Of a DNA stretch of 64,000 bases, positions 38,261-48,783 are shown piece by piece; positions within the stretch are counted from its first letter, which is position 1; each line of letters starts with the position of its first letter. The notes beneath the pieces were generated by a model. That model was not told the origin of the DNA, ran no database searches, and saw nothing but the letters and a program-made list of their open reading frames with translations. The position numbers and the translations under genes were made by a program. Source of the DNA: Candidatus Magasanikbacteria bacterium UBA922 (GTDB lineage: Bacteria; Patescibacteriota; Patescibacteriia; Magasanikbacterales; UBA922); assembly GCA_002293825.1 (NCBI GenBank), contig DBDW01000001.1:3314-67313 (forward strand), read 5' to 3'.

Positions 38261-38746
38261 TTATAGAGCCTCTTCGGTTTCTTCAGGCAGTATTTCTACT
38301 TTTGATCGGGTTCGTGATGTGGTGCGTTTGCGATCAGCACGAATATCTTCAATTTCAATATCCGTCATGGTAACTTTTCCATGAATAATCGCACCTGATT
38401 CCACCTCGAGCACACGACAATAAATATCTCCCAAAATACGCCCACTCTCAGTAACATGCAATTTATCCTCTGCACGCACATTTCCCTTGATCTCACCCGA
38501 TACCAATGCGTCACCCGCTTTGATATTTGCAAGAATTTTAGCACCTTCCTCTACAGTCAATAATTTACCTGTCTGGACATTTCCAGATACCGTTCCTTTT
38601 ACCAAAATATTTCCTTCTGAAGAAAAATCTCCCTCGACCACCACCGACGGACCCACGACCGTCTCGATTTCATCATGGTGAGTACGTGGAGTGTTCACTG
38701 GTTGAGGAGCTTGTGGTCGTTGTGGCTCGGAAGTATTTTTAAACAT
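38261..38746 (-). CDS. Bactofilin (polymer-forming cytoskeletal protein)
   Basis: TVVGPSVVVEGDF...GTVSGNV...GEIKGNV...GRILGDI...GAIIHG beta-helix repeats. Confidence 0.88.
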   Translation of the reverse strand: MFKNTSEPQRPQAPQPVNTPRTHHDEIETVVGPSVVVEGDFSSEGNILVKGTVSGNVQTGKLLTVEEGAKILANIKAGDALVSGEIKGNVRAEDKLHVTESGRILGDIYCRVLEVESGAIIHGKVTMTDIEIEDIRADRKRTTSRTRSKVEILPEETEEAL

Positions 38747-38819
38747 AGCTACAAAATTTAAAATAAAGAGTGATTAGTATAGTGTACACGAAAATACCCT
38801 ATACAGCAAGAAAAATATC

Positions 38820-40430
38820 TTATTTCGATTTCTCAGGAATCCAGAAGCCGAATTCACTTCCCTTTCCCAATCCATCACTTTTTGCCCACACATGCCCACC
38901 ATGTGCTTCAATAAATTTCCGACATACATAGATACCCAGCCCTGTACCATTCACATTGGTACCTTTTACATTCTCGCCACGATAAAATTTCTGAAAAAAA
39001 CTCGCATGATCAGTAGTATTGAATCCCAAACCTTGATCCTGTACACGAAACGTACACCCATTACGTTCATATTCTACCCGCACCACAATTTCCTTACCAT
39101 CCGCACTATATTTGATCGCATTATCTATGTAATTAAAGACGACATGTCTCACTTTTTCAGGATCCATGTAGACAGTATCAATCTCATCTGAACGTACTGA
39201 CCGAATCGAAATACCCGCACTCTTGGCACGATCTTTCAATTCTTTCACTACACCCGTAACCAATTCATTGATACTCGACTGCTCAAATGAGAATTTAGTC
39301 CTTCCCTGCTCAATTCGAGTAATATCCAAAAATTCATCAACCAATTTTACCAAGCGTTCATTACTTTCATCCATATTAGTGAGTACAGTCTGTAATTTTT
39401 TGGTCGGCTTACCATACGCACCATCATTAATCAATTCAATATAACCTTTGATAATCGACAACGGAGTTCGGAGCTGATGTGATGCAATAGATAGAAATTC
39501 TGTTTTCTGCTGATCAAGCTCTTTGAGGCGAATGTTTGCTTTTTCGAGAGAGTGTGCGAGCCGATCTGTCTCATGTCGTTGTTCAATCTCCTTATGCACA
39601 CTCGAAATCAAAAAATATGAGAATACCAATACAAACGAATGCACAATCCCATTAATCCAAAAAGATTTAGTTGAACTTGAAGTAATAAATTGGAAAAACA
39701 AAAACAAATTAAGCATTAACACCAAACCTTCTGCAGTAATAATTTTAATATCAAGCCATTTAAACCTCAAAATTGCATATCCCGTAAAGACAGCGAGCAA
39801 CGTAGAAAATAATTGTCCAGCCCAATTGAGTTCAAAATATCCAAGCCATGGCAATATAAGATTTGTACCCATAGCAAAATTTGATCCCAAAAAATATCCC
39901 AATAAAATCATCGTAAGCTGTTTACGTGTCGTACCCGTGGTGTGTTTTCTTTTTAAGAACAAAATGATAAGGCCGATGAGAAAAAATAGTGAAACATGTG
40001 TCGCATACACGGTATACAATGGGCCAAATATAATTACACTTTCTTTATGTGCAACAGAGATAACATCAGCAATAATTAATGTGGGATGAAAACATAATGC
40101 TGCAATAATAATACTTTCGAGAGAAACCAATAACCTTTTATACAACGGAACTGGTGTATTATTCGGATAAGTCAACGTGAACAAAAAAAATGATGGTCCA
40201 GTAAACGATGCCATCATATATAAAATTCGCGCCCACAAAACCTGCCCACCAAATAAACCACTGCGATAAAACACCATCGGCAAAATCCATCCAGCCACTG
40301 AAAGAACTGCGAGTATGTACGCTCTTCCATTCCTAGTATTTCTCGCATACCGAAACAAAACCCACAATAACGATGCGTGCAATCCAAGCGAAATAAGAAC
40401 AATGATATTTCTAAAATCAAATTCAAACAT
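38820..40430 (-). CDS. Sensor histidine kinase with multi-TM (HisKA_7TM-like) input domain
   Basis: SHQLRTPL, NYIDNAIKY, DQGLG, GTGLGIY; 7-9 hydrophobic helices. Confidence 0.92.
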   Translation of the reverse strand: MFEFDFRNIIVLISLGLHASLLWVLFRYARNTRNGRAYILAVLSVAGWILPMVFYRSGLFGGQVLWARILYMMASFTGPSFFLFTLTYPNNTPVPLYKRLLVSLESIIIAALCFHPTLIIADVISVAHKESVIIFGPLYTVYATHVSLFFLIGLIILFLKRKHTTGTTRKQLTMILLGYFLGSNFAMGTNLILPWLGYFELNWAGQLFSTLLAVFTGYAILRFKWLDIKIITAEGLVLMLNLFLFFQFITSSSTKSFWINGIVHSFVLVFSYFLISSVHKEIEQRHETDRLAHSLEKANIRLKELDQQKTEFLSIASHQLRTPLSIIKGYIELINDGAYGKPTKKLQTVLTNMDESNERLVKLVDEFLDITRIEQGRTKFSFEQSSINELVTGVVKELKDRAKSAGISIRSVRSDEIDTVYMDPEKVRHVVFNYIDNAIKYSADGKEIVVRVEYERNGCTFRVQDQGLGFNTTDHASFFQKFYRGENVKGTNVNGTGLGIYVCRKFIEAHGGHVWAKSDGLGKGSEFGFWIPEKSK

Positions 40431-40544
40431 AGTTGTATAGAAGTATAGCACAATTTTGCGCAGAAAAACAAAAAACATTCATCGTTCTGATAAATGTTTT
40501 TTGAGACACGCGAGCAGTTTTTTTAGAAACCGCTCACGTGAGAA

Positions 40545-41594
40545 TTAATCGTCCGGATGGTCGATCAGCTCGGCTCGAAAACCGAAACTTTTCGCCGCAT
40601 GTACGAACGAATGTTGAGAACTGAGAACTTCCCAGCCCTCGTGTCCCACCACCAGTGCCTCGAGAAGGCATCCCGGGATGTTCCATGCCTTGAATTTCGG
40701 AAGTCGTGGCACCATGGTGAACCCACCGGTGCCGACAACTGCCTTCTTCAAGATCACTCCTCGCGACCGAATGAGTCCACGGAGCGTTTCCGGGATCGGC
40801 GGATGAGTATCGTCGACGACGACAGATCCTTCCTTCAGATATGGCACGGACGGTTTGATGTCATCACCCTTTCCGGTGAGAACCATCGCAACGTCCGTGT
40901 GCATCACTTGAGAAAGATCATTTGTCTTCGTGATGTTGCCCACATCTTCGGATTGTTCGTAGCGCGGATCGAGCGCCACGACCTTACCGAAGTGATGTGA
41001 GGACGTCTCAGCGAGACGCGACCCGACGAACCCGGCTCCACCGAGAAGACCGAGGCGAACCTCTTTGGGGTTGAAACCCTGATCTTCAGCAGCTCTGAGT
41101 AGAGCGAGTGTCATGGCGTAGCAGGTACCTGTATGCCCTTCCACGAAGGGAGGGACGATCTTTCCACCCGCCTTGTTGATCCAGCTCGGAAGCCGTCCAG
41201 CAAGAGCGATTGCGCGCGCTCGCGGGAGCAGCTTCTTTGCTTTCTGCATGACCTTCAGTGCTTCTTCCGGATTTGCTTCGAATTGCTCCATCGTGAGGGT
41301 CGAACCCACGATGAAGCCGACCGTCTTCCCGTTGAGTTTGAGAAACCCAATCGGAAGAAGGTACGGAATGACCGGCTGGAGCCAACCCGGATAATACGCC
41401 CGCTGGTCGCTGTTCGTGCCGTAGACGACGAACACTACCTTGGGACGCACCACCCGTCGGACGACAGGCCACACCAGCATCCATCCAATGATCATCAGGT
41501 ACCTGAGCAGGTACCTGAATCCCCGCTTCACCCGTGCTCCAAAAGAGCGACGGGTATTATTTCTCTTTGTCTCCGTCTTCATGTCGCTCTCCAT
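40545..41594 (-). CDS. NAD(P)-dependent oxidoreductase, acyl-ACP-reductase/COG5322-like
   Basis: FVEGHTGT, GLLGGAGFVG Rossmann motif, DDTHPP, PGCLLEAL; visibly GC-richer than neighbours. Confidence 0.55.
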   Translation of the reverse strand: MESDMKTETKRNNTRRSFGARVKRGFRYLLRYLMIIGWMLVWPVVRRVVRPKVVFVVYGTNSDQRAYYPGWLQPVIPYLLPIGFLKLNGKTVGFIVGSTLTMEQFEANPEEALKVMQKAKKLLPRARAIALAGRLPSWINKAGGKIVPPFVEGHTGTCYAMTLALLRAAEDQGFNPKEVRLGLLGGAGFVGSRLAETSSHHFGKVVALDPRYEQSEDVGNITKTNDLSQVMHTDVAMVLTGKGDDIKPSVPYLKEGSVVVDDTHPPIPETLRGLIRSRGVILKKAVVGTGGFTMVPRLPKFKAWNIPGCLLEALVVGHEGWEVLSSQHSFVHAAKSFGFRAELIDHPDD

Positions 41595-41777
41595 TCTGCT
41601 TGGGGTAGAGATACGGTAAGTGATGTACTACCGCAGACAGATAACAAAACACATTATTTTCTTTCTGCGCTAGTCAATATACAAAATTGATCATTGTTTA
41701 TACCACACTTTCTTTTTTATTTCAAGTCCTCGACCTGTCACTTATCCACTACACTATTCCACCTTGCACACGTATTA

Positions 41778-41807
41778 CAAAAAACAGCTCATTTGAGCTG
41801 TTTTTTC
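41778..41807. terminator. Terminator
   Basis: AAAAAACAGCTC-attt-GAGCTGTTTTTT. Confidence 0.7.
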
Positions 41808-42277
41808 ATATGATGAGACACGACACCTGCAAACATGGTCGCCGAAGCCAAGGCAGACAACATGCAATAAGGACAAATCGTGCGCAATACCACGAGCTGA
41901 AGATATACAAAGTACACACTCGCGATAAATCCACAAACGATAATCCCTCGAAGCACCCACCACACATGAACATTTCTCTTGAAACGCATATGTACGATAA
42001 GCACGAGTATCGTCGTGTAATACAACAGACCTATGTACGCGAGCGGAATACCTGCCACCCGCGCATAAATACTATCAAGTACAATATTACACGATCCAGA
42101 AGCACCGACCACACAATTTACCCCGCCTCCACCAAGCCCACTCATGGCATGTTGAATTGACAAATAACCTGCATCCAAAAAACCAATACTTGCAGATATC
42201 ACAATCAACCAAAAAAGCCATGACGGAATACGTGCTTCACGAACATCTGCAATAAACTGTTTGAATTGGGTAAGCAT
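41789..42277 (-). CDS. Vitamin K epoxide reductase (VKOR) family protein
   Basis: NC......SC..VL.S.YA...GIP, ICPYC. Confidence 0.88.
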   Translation of the reverse strand: MLTQFKQFIADVREARIPSWLFWLIVISASIGFLDAGYLSIQHAMSGLGGGGVNCVVGASGSCNIVLDSIYARVAGIPLAYIGLLYYTTILVLIVHMRFKRNVHVWWVLRGIIVCGFIASVYFVYLQLVVLRTICPYCMLSALASATMFAGVVSHHMKKQLK

Positions 42278-42289
42278 AGATATAAAATA

Positions 42290-44014
42290 TTACATGTTTT
42301 CAACGGTAGTGATTCCAAGCAAATCAAAGCCATGTTCCATAGTACGCACCACTGTTTCAATCAAGGTGAGTCTGAATCGTCGCACCATTTCCTCCGAATC
42401 AAGAACCGGACACTCATGATAAAACTGATTTGCTACTTGCGAAAGTTCGAATTGATAATGTGCAATTTTTGACGGATCTTTTGCCTCGATTGCTTCATGG
42501 ACTACTCCTTCAAATTCCCCCAGCTTCATAATTACCGCTCGTTCAAATGGATTGAGAACATCAGGTACCGTCACGCTCGACACACGAATATCAGACGTAT
42601 TTTTTGCAAGAATACTTTTGAAACGTGCCACGATATAGAGTAGATACGGCCCACTATCTCCCGACGTAGAAATCGATTCCTGGACATCAAACGTAATATT
42701 GTTCACTCGTCCTGTTTTCAAAAATGCATATTTCACCGCACCCATGGACACGTTCTCAATAATGCGCTCTTTTTCCTCAGAAGATACGTTTGCTTTCGCT
42801 TCACTCGAATCCATGTGCTCTCTAATAGACATCTTCACTTCCGCAATCAAATCTTCAGCAGTTACCACGTCTCCTGTTCGTGAACTCATCTTCACACCTT
42901 TCAAATCCACCCAACCATAGGGAATGTGGAATTCTTTTCCCTTACTTTCAGGTAACGTGAATTCCAGTGTCTTGAACAAGACTTTCAAATATTCAGACTG
43001 CTCGGGACCGATGACATGATAAATTGCATCAGGATGAAATTCATCAAATTGTTTTTCTGCAAGAGCCAAATCCTTTGCTTCATATGTCGGAAGTCCCGCA
43101 CGATTGAGAAATACACGATCATGAAGATCATGCGCACTCCCTCTAAATATTACCGCACCATCACTTTTTTCAAAAATTCCATTTGCAAGGCCTTCAGACA
43201 CAATCTCAATCGCACGATCAAATACCTCTGATTCAAAATAATACCGATCAAAACGTATATCAAGTAATTGATATATTCTCTCAAGATTTTCCAGACTCCA
43301 GCTTCGTGTAGTCTCATACACGTCCGCAATCCCTGGATCTTTCTGATAAATCATTTCATTATACCGCTTAATTTCTTCTTGCGCTTTTTCATCTTTTTCA
43401 AACTGGGTCGCACCATACGCATAAGCCTTGCCAATAAATTTCATTCGTTCCGAAACAAGAACATTCTTTTTTGCAGCATCATATCCATCATCTTGCCAGT
43501 GTTCGATACCCCACAAGCATTTTGCAATATGCATACCCACATCTCCCCCATACGTCGTACGTATTACTCGATACCCCGCATACTCATGTAGACGTACCAG
43601 TGATTCTCCGAGAATTGCATTTCGAAGATGTCCGATATGAAACGCCTTATGTGTATTTGCACAAATAAATTCAATCATGATCGTACCCTGTGAATCCGCC
43701 ACGCGAGGCCTCACTCGCTCACCCAAATTCAATACCACCGACGCAAGTTCTCTATCATTCAAGAAAAAATTCACGTATGGACCAAACGCTTCAGCGCGTT
43801 CGACCAGTGTATCCTCTGTTTCTTGATTAAACTTTTCAGCGAGCCCGTTTGCAACCTCTATAGGATTTTTCTTTAATTCTTTTGCATACTGAAAAACAGG
43901 AAACGCAACATCTCCCATCTTTTTCTGTGGCGGATCAGTAAGGGTAATATACTGCTCTCCTATTCCGACAGCCTCAAGCAATCCTGCAATATGATCTCGA
44001 ACGTATCCAATCAT
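42290..44014 (-). CDS. argS: Arginine--tRNA ligase
   Basis: ANTHKAFHIGHLRN, KMSSRTG, SGPYLLY..AR, FYHECPVL. Confidence 0.96.
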   Translation of the reverse strand: MIGYVRDHIAGLLEAVGIGEQYITLTDPPQKKMGDVAFPVFQYAKELKKNPIEVANGLAEKFNQETEDTLVERAEAFGPYVNFFLNDRELASVVLNLGERVRPRVADSQGTIMIEFICANTHKAFHIGHLRNAILGESLVRLHEYAGYRVIRTTYGGDVGMHIAKCLWGIEHWQDDGYDAAKKNVLVSERMKFIGKAYAYGATQFEKDEKAQEEIKRYNEMIYQKDPGIADVYETTRSWSLENLERIYQLLDIRFDRYYFESEVFDRAIEIVSEGLANGIFEKSDGAVIFRGSAHDLHDRVFLNRAGLPTYEAKDLALAEKQFDEFHPDAIYHVIGPEQSEYLKVLFKTLEFTLPESKGKEFHIPYGWVDLKGVKMSSRTGDVVTAEDLIAEVKMSIREHMDSSEAKANVSSEEKERIIENVSMGAVKYAFLKTGRVNNITFDVQESISTSGDSGPYLLYIVARFKSILAKNTSDIRVSSVTVPDVLNPFERAVIMKLGEFEGVVHEAIEAKDPSKIAHYQFELSQVANQFYHECPVLDSEEMVRRFRLTLIETVVRTMEHGFDLLGITTVENM

Positions 44015-45192
44015 ACAATTTTTACAAAAAATCTCTTTCCTTTCTGAATAATATCTCCCGGATTACATCGCTCCTCGTATGAAGTAACTTTTTTGTCATT
44101 AATTTTTACTCCACCGCCTTCGATGGTACGACGTGCATCACTCGTACTCGTCGCAAATCGCGCTTCTTGCAAGACCGAAATAATATCATAGGCACTCGGC
44201 TTCAATTCAGGAATTTCAGTTGGGATTTCTTTTTTTGCAAATGTTGCCACAAAATAATCTAGTGCTATCTGTGCATCTTTTTCACTATGATAAAAACGAA
44301 CCAATTCACTCGCAAGTTTCAATTTGTAATCACGAGGATTCTGACCAGTCTTCATATCGGTCTCATACTGTTGAACCGTACTCATCGGCACCCGTGTCAT
44401 GTAGATAAAATACGGAATGATGAGCGAATCTGGAATGCTCATAATTTTCCCAAACATGTCGTGTGGTGCATCATTCAAATTTACAGTATTACCCCAGCTC
44501 GAACTCATCTTGCGCCCATCAGTTCCTGCAACCAATGGATTCATAATAATATCCTGAGGTCTCTGTCCGTATCTTTCCTGCAACGTTCTACCTGCAAGCA
44601 GATTGAACCTTTGATCCGTGCCTCCGAGCTCGACATCCGCTTTTACCGCCACTGAATCATACCCCTGCATCAATGGATACAACACTTCACGCAATGATAC
44701 ACGAGTTCCTGCTTCCAACCGACGACGGATGTTATCGCGCGCAATAAATTCTGCCACAGAAAACGCATCTGCTTGTTCACCAAGTTCATTATAATTAACA
44801 CTCGACAACCAGGTACTATTATACTGTACCTCGGATTTCGTGATATCAATAATTTTTCCTGCCTGCTCGACATAGCTTTTCATATTCTTCTGCACTTGCT
44901 CTCTCCCAAGCATTGGTCGCTCACTATCCTTATCCGAAGTATCCCCAATCACACCAGTAAAATCGCCCACAATAAACACCAATTGATGACCCAACTCCTG
45001 AAAATCACGCATTTTGAGCAACGGAATTGAGCGCCCTAGATGCAAATTCGGACTTGTAGGATCAATACCTAGTTTGATCCGAAGTTTTTCTCCTGATTCC
45101 AAACGTTTTCTCAGATGAGTCATGTCAATTACACTCTCTACCCCGCGCGAGAGTAATTCATCAATTTTTTTCTTGTCAGTTGAAATTTTCAT
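44011..45192 (-). CDS. tyrS: Tyrosine--tRNA ligase
   Basis: GIDPT...LHLG, YPLMQGYD, GGTDQ, KMSSS, C-terminal S4 domain. Confidence 0.96.
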   Translation of the reverse strand: MKISTDKKKIDELLSRGVESVIDMTHLRKRLESGEKLRIKLGIDPTSPNLHLGRSIPLLKMRDFQELGHQLVFIVGDFTGVIGDTSDKDSERPMLGREQVQKNMKSYVEQAGKIIDITKSEVQYNSTWLSSVNYNELGEQADAFSVAEFIARDNIRRRLEAGTRVSLREVLYPLMQGYDSVAVKADVELGGTDQRFNLLAGRTLQERYGQRPQDIIMNPLVAGTDGRKMSSSWGNTVNLNDAPHDMFGKIMSIPDSLIIPYFIYMTRVPMSTVQQYETDMKTGQNPRDYKLKLASELVRFYHSEKDAQIALDYFVATFAKKEIPTEIPELKPSAYDIISVLQEARFATSTSDARRTIEGGGVKINDKKVTSYEERCNPGDIIQKGKRFFVKIV

Positions 45193-45241
45193 ACAGGAGA
45201 ACTATATCAGTGTACGTGGCTAAAATCAAAGAAGATAACCG

Positions 45242-45619
45242 TTATTTAATTTCACATTTCGTCTTATCTGCAAGCTGCTGAAACGATTGCTGCCCCGTAA
45301 CCATGGTTCCATCAGAAAATTTCCATGTCGGATATGATTCAATACCTGCATCATTACACACTTTGGTCTGTGACTTACTCGGTGTAGAACATTCCACATA
45401 TGGAAGCAAATCAGCTGATTTTCCAAACAATGCTTTCTGTGTCTGACAATGAGGACACCAAAATGCTCCATAGAAAATTGCACCACTATCTTTGATACAC
45501 ATTGCAAACTCATCAAATTCACCCGGCTGATTCTTCTGATACACCGATAATCCAATAATTCCTCCAAGAATGAGAAGTCCTGCAATCCACCAGATAAGCG
45601 TTGTCTTTTTTTTGTCCAT
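45242..45619 (-). CDS. Membrane-anchored thioredoxin-like protein (VKOR-partner type)
   Basis: FYGAFWCPHC..QK.LFG, YVEC...C...GI.SYPTW. Confidence 0.8.
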   Translation of the reverse strand: MDKKKTTLIWWIAGLLILGGIIGLSVYQKNQPGEFDEFAMCIKDSGAIFYGAFWCPHCQTQKALFGKSADLLPYVECSTPSKSQTKVCNDAGIESYPTWKFSDGTMVTGQQSFQQLADKTKCEIK

Positions 45620-45645
45620 AGAGTAACAAGATTAAAAATGTATAA

Positions 45646-48561
45646 TTAAAAATTTTGTAATTGTGTTCGCAAATTTTCTAATTTCTGTTCCGCATCAGCA
45701 AGTTTTTTCCGCTCGGATTCTACTACCGATGGTGGCGCATTATCGACAAATGATGCATTCGATAATTTCTTTTGAAGTGACACAACATATGGCTCGACCG
45801 TAGCAATTTCTTTGGTAATTCGAGCAATTTCTTTTTCAGTATCAATCGCATTTGAAAGATCAATTACAACTTCCACGTCAGATTCTACAAAAGATACTCC
45901 ACCCTCAATCGTATGTTCATTCACCGAGTCGAGTCCTGCAAGACGCATAAGTACCGGAGTGTACTCTGTAATCAATGATGAATATTCTTTTGAAGTAATC
46001 GACAATGCAATTTTTTTAGACGGTTCAATTTTATATTCAGTTCGAATTGCACGAATTTTCATTACAATATTTCTAAACACTGTATCAATGAATACAATTC
46101 CCGCGGTATCTTTCTTTCGTTTTTCTGTGATCGGATAGTGCTCTACCATGAGCGATCCCTCTCCATACATCTCCTGCCAAATCTGCTCGGTTACAAACGG
46201 CATGTATGGATGCCAGAGCTTGAGTAACGTATTCAATATATAATTCAAAAGTGTATGTTTGCCACCTTCTACTTTTGCAATTTCGAGATACCAGTCAGCG
46301 AGCTCATTCCATGTAAAATCTCGAAGTAATTCTCCTGCAATCGAAAACTGATACGACGTGAGATGAGTATTCATCTGTGCGATTACCGTATTCAATTTCG
46401 ACAAAATCCATTCATCAGCAGCGGTCTGTGCCACTGGCGCAGACACATCCTTACTCATCACCCCCTGCTCATTCTGAATCTGCAATACAATAAAACGACT
46501 AATATTCCATAATTTATTGGTAAAATTACGGAAACCTGCAACTTTGTCTTCGGACAAGCGCATATCATTGCCCGGCGTACCTCCAATAAGAAGTGACAAT
46601 CGTGTCGCATCGGTCCCATAACGCTCAATCATCTGCAACGGATCAATAATATTACCAAGTGATTTACTCATTTTTCGTCCCTGCTCATCACGTACGAGCC
46701 CATGAAGATACACTGTTTTGAATGGTACTTCGCCCAATGCATACGTACTCATGAGAATCATGCGTGCGACCCAGAAAAAAAGTATGTCATAGCCAGTTTC
46801 AAGAACTGAGGTCGGATGAAATTTCTTGAGATCATCTGTGTTTTCTGGCCAACCCAGTGTTGAAAAAGTCCATGAAGCAGAACTAAACCAGGTGTCGAGT
46901 GTGTCGGGGTCTTTAATAAAACTTTGTGACACATCCTCTTTATTAACAAATACTTTATATTTTTTAGCGGAAGTTAAATTAGATCCAAATAATTCTTTCT
47001 TTAAATCTGCCCAAGTTATGGTTTTATTCTCAACTAATGTCGTTGCTAAAGAAAAATTAATCCAACGTAAATTACCAATACTACCCCAATTATGATCTGT
47101 TCTATTATCAATCGCTTGAAAATAGCTATCTGGTAGATTGAAAATTTTTCCTTCTTTAAAATGAAGTAAAGCTTGTGCATTTTCTTTATCTGAAATATCG
47201 TAATACGCTGGAATCTGATGTCCGTACCAAATCTGCCTACTGATATTCCAATCACGCAAATTATCAATCCAATGAAAATATGTTTTATCAAATCGTTCTG
47301 GAATGATTTCGATCTCACCAGTTTTAACAACCGATTGCATTAATTTTTTCAACGTAACCGTATCCCCTGCTTTGAATTGTTTCAATTTTGAATTCTTGAG
47401 AGTAAATTCTCTGTTCACATCAATAAACCATTGTGTCTTTGGCAATGGTTCGACCACATCTCCGAAACGATCGCTCGTTCCCACGTTTTGCATCGTTTCT
47501 TCTACCTTCTCCAGTAATCCAGCATTCTCAAGCCAAGTGACAATCTTCTTTCGAGCATCTTCGACCAACATTCCTACATACTCCAATCCTGCATCTAATG
47601 TCATTTTTCCATCTTCACCGATCACCTGAACAAAATCGATATTCACTCCAGATGCTTTTTGTTTTTGGTACATCTCAAAATCAATCTGACTATGCGCAGG
47701 AGTTACCCCGAGTGCACCAGTACCAAAACTGTCGTCAACATTCTCATCTGCAATGACTTTCAATTTCAACTCATGTCCGGTCTGTCCAAAATTTTTAATT
47801 ATATATTCTTTTCCAATATAGTCTTTCCATCGTCCCTCTGGATTTACCGCAATTGCGGTATCTCCTAATTTTGTTTCTGGACGAGTCGTTGCAATCCTAA
47901 TCGGACATTCTGGTCCGTATGTAAAATAATACAGTTTCCCAGGTCGTTCGACATAGACAAGCTCGTCATCACTACACGTAGACTGTCCAGTCACCGACCA
48001 ATTAATTACCCGATACCCACGATAAATAAGACCATCATCATACATCATTTTGAACAATGTATTGACTGCCATATTTCTCGCCTCATCGAGTGTGTATGCC
48101 TCACGAGTCCAATCGAGTGATGCTCCCATTTTTCGTGCCTGATTCACAATCGTGTCATGAGACGCTTGTGCAAATTTTTCTACTTCCTCCAAAAATTTTT
48201 CACGCCCCAATTCGGTCTTAGGTTGCGCCATCCCTTGTTCAATCAATTTTTTTTCCACTTTTGATTCAGTTGCAACTGCGGCATGATCAGTTCCCGGTAT
48301 CCACACCGTGCAATCCCCTTTCATCCGATGATAGCGCGCGAGCACATCCTGTATTGCCAGCATGACCGCATGACCCATATGAAGGGTTCCGGTCACATTT
48401 GGAGGTGGCAACACCATGCTAAAATACTCACGATTCTTGAGCGCATGTACCCACGCAGGAGTATGTTCAGGTGCAAAAAAACCACCGGTTTCCCAGCGTG
48501 TATAAATCGCATCCTCATATCGTGATGGCTCGTATGCTTTGGGTAATTCTCGATTTGTCAT
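45646..48561 (-). CDS. valS: Valine--tRNA ligase
   Basis: PPPNVTGTLHMGHA, DTWFSS, KMSKS, C-terminal coiled coil with FVDNAP. Confidence 0.97.
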   Translation of the reverse strand: MTNRELPKAYEPSRYEDAIYTRWETGGFFAPEHTPAWVHALKNREYFSMVLPPPNVTGTLHMGHAVMLAIQDVLARYHRMKGDCTVWIPGTDHAAVATESKVEKKLIEQGMAQPKTELGREKFLEEVEKFAQASHDTIVNQARKMGASLDWTREAYTLDEARNMAVNTLFKMMYDDGLIYRGYRVINWSVTGQSTCSDDELVYVERPGKLYYFTYGPECPIRIATTRPETKLGDTAIAVNPEGRWKDYIGKEYIIKNFGQTGHELKLKVIADENVDDSFGTGALGVTPAHSQIDFEMYQKQKASGVNIDFVQVIGEDGKMTLDAGLEYVGMLVEDARKKIVTWLENAGLLEKVEETMQNVGTSDRFGDVVEPLPKTQWFIDVNREFTLKNSKLKQFKAGDTVTLKKLMQSVVKTGEIEIIPERFDKTYFHWIDNLRDWNISRQIWYGHQIPAYYDISDKENAQALLHFKEGKIFNLPDSYFQAIDNRTDHNWGSIGNLRWINFSLATTLVENKTITWADLKKELFGSNLTSAKKYKVFVNKEDVSQSFIKDPDTLDTWFSSASWTFSTLGWPENTDDLKKFHPTSVLETGYDILFFWVARMILMSTYALGEVPFKTVYLHGLVRDEQGRKMSKSLGNIIDPLQMIERYGTDATRLSLLIGGTPGNDMRLSEDKVAGFRNFTNKLWNISRFIVLQIQNEQGVMSKDVSAPVAQTAADEWILSKLNTVIAQMNTHLTSYQFSIAGELLRDFTWNELADWYLEIAKVEGGKHTLLNYILNTLLKLWHPYMPFVTEQIWQEMYGEGSLMVEHYPITEKRKKDTAGIVFIDTVFRNIVMKIRAIRTEYKIEPSKKIALSITSKEYSSLITEYTPVLMRLAGLDSVNEHTIEGGVSFVESDVEVVIDLSNAIDTEKEIARITKEIATVEPYVVSLQKKLSNASFVDNAPPSVVESERKKLADAEQKLENLRTQLQNF

Positions 48562-48783
48562 ATAATCAAACAGTATAGATAAAATTCTATCGCAAAGAAG
48601 GAATTTTAGCAAGAATTAGGCCAATTTTAGTACATACATCCCTATTCTCACATATAAAAACATCAAAAAACCGCACTGTTGACAATAATTTTAATGTTTG
48701 ATATAGTCTGCTATTCCTTTTTTTACCTCTCTCATGCGGCAGTACAAAAGGATGTGTTTTTGAGTTTAGCACTATTTCCCCTT

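Noticed and set aside
46912-47199. Intein or intron in valS
   Set aside because: No C/S...HN splice motifs or endonuclease signature, and the frame is continuous
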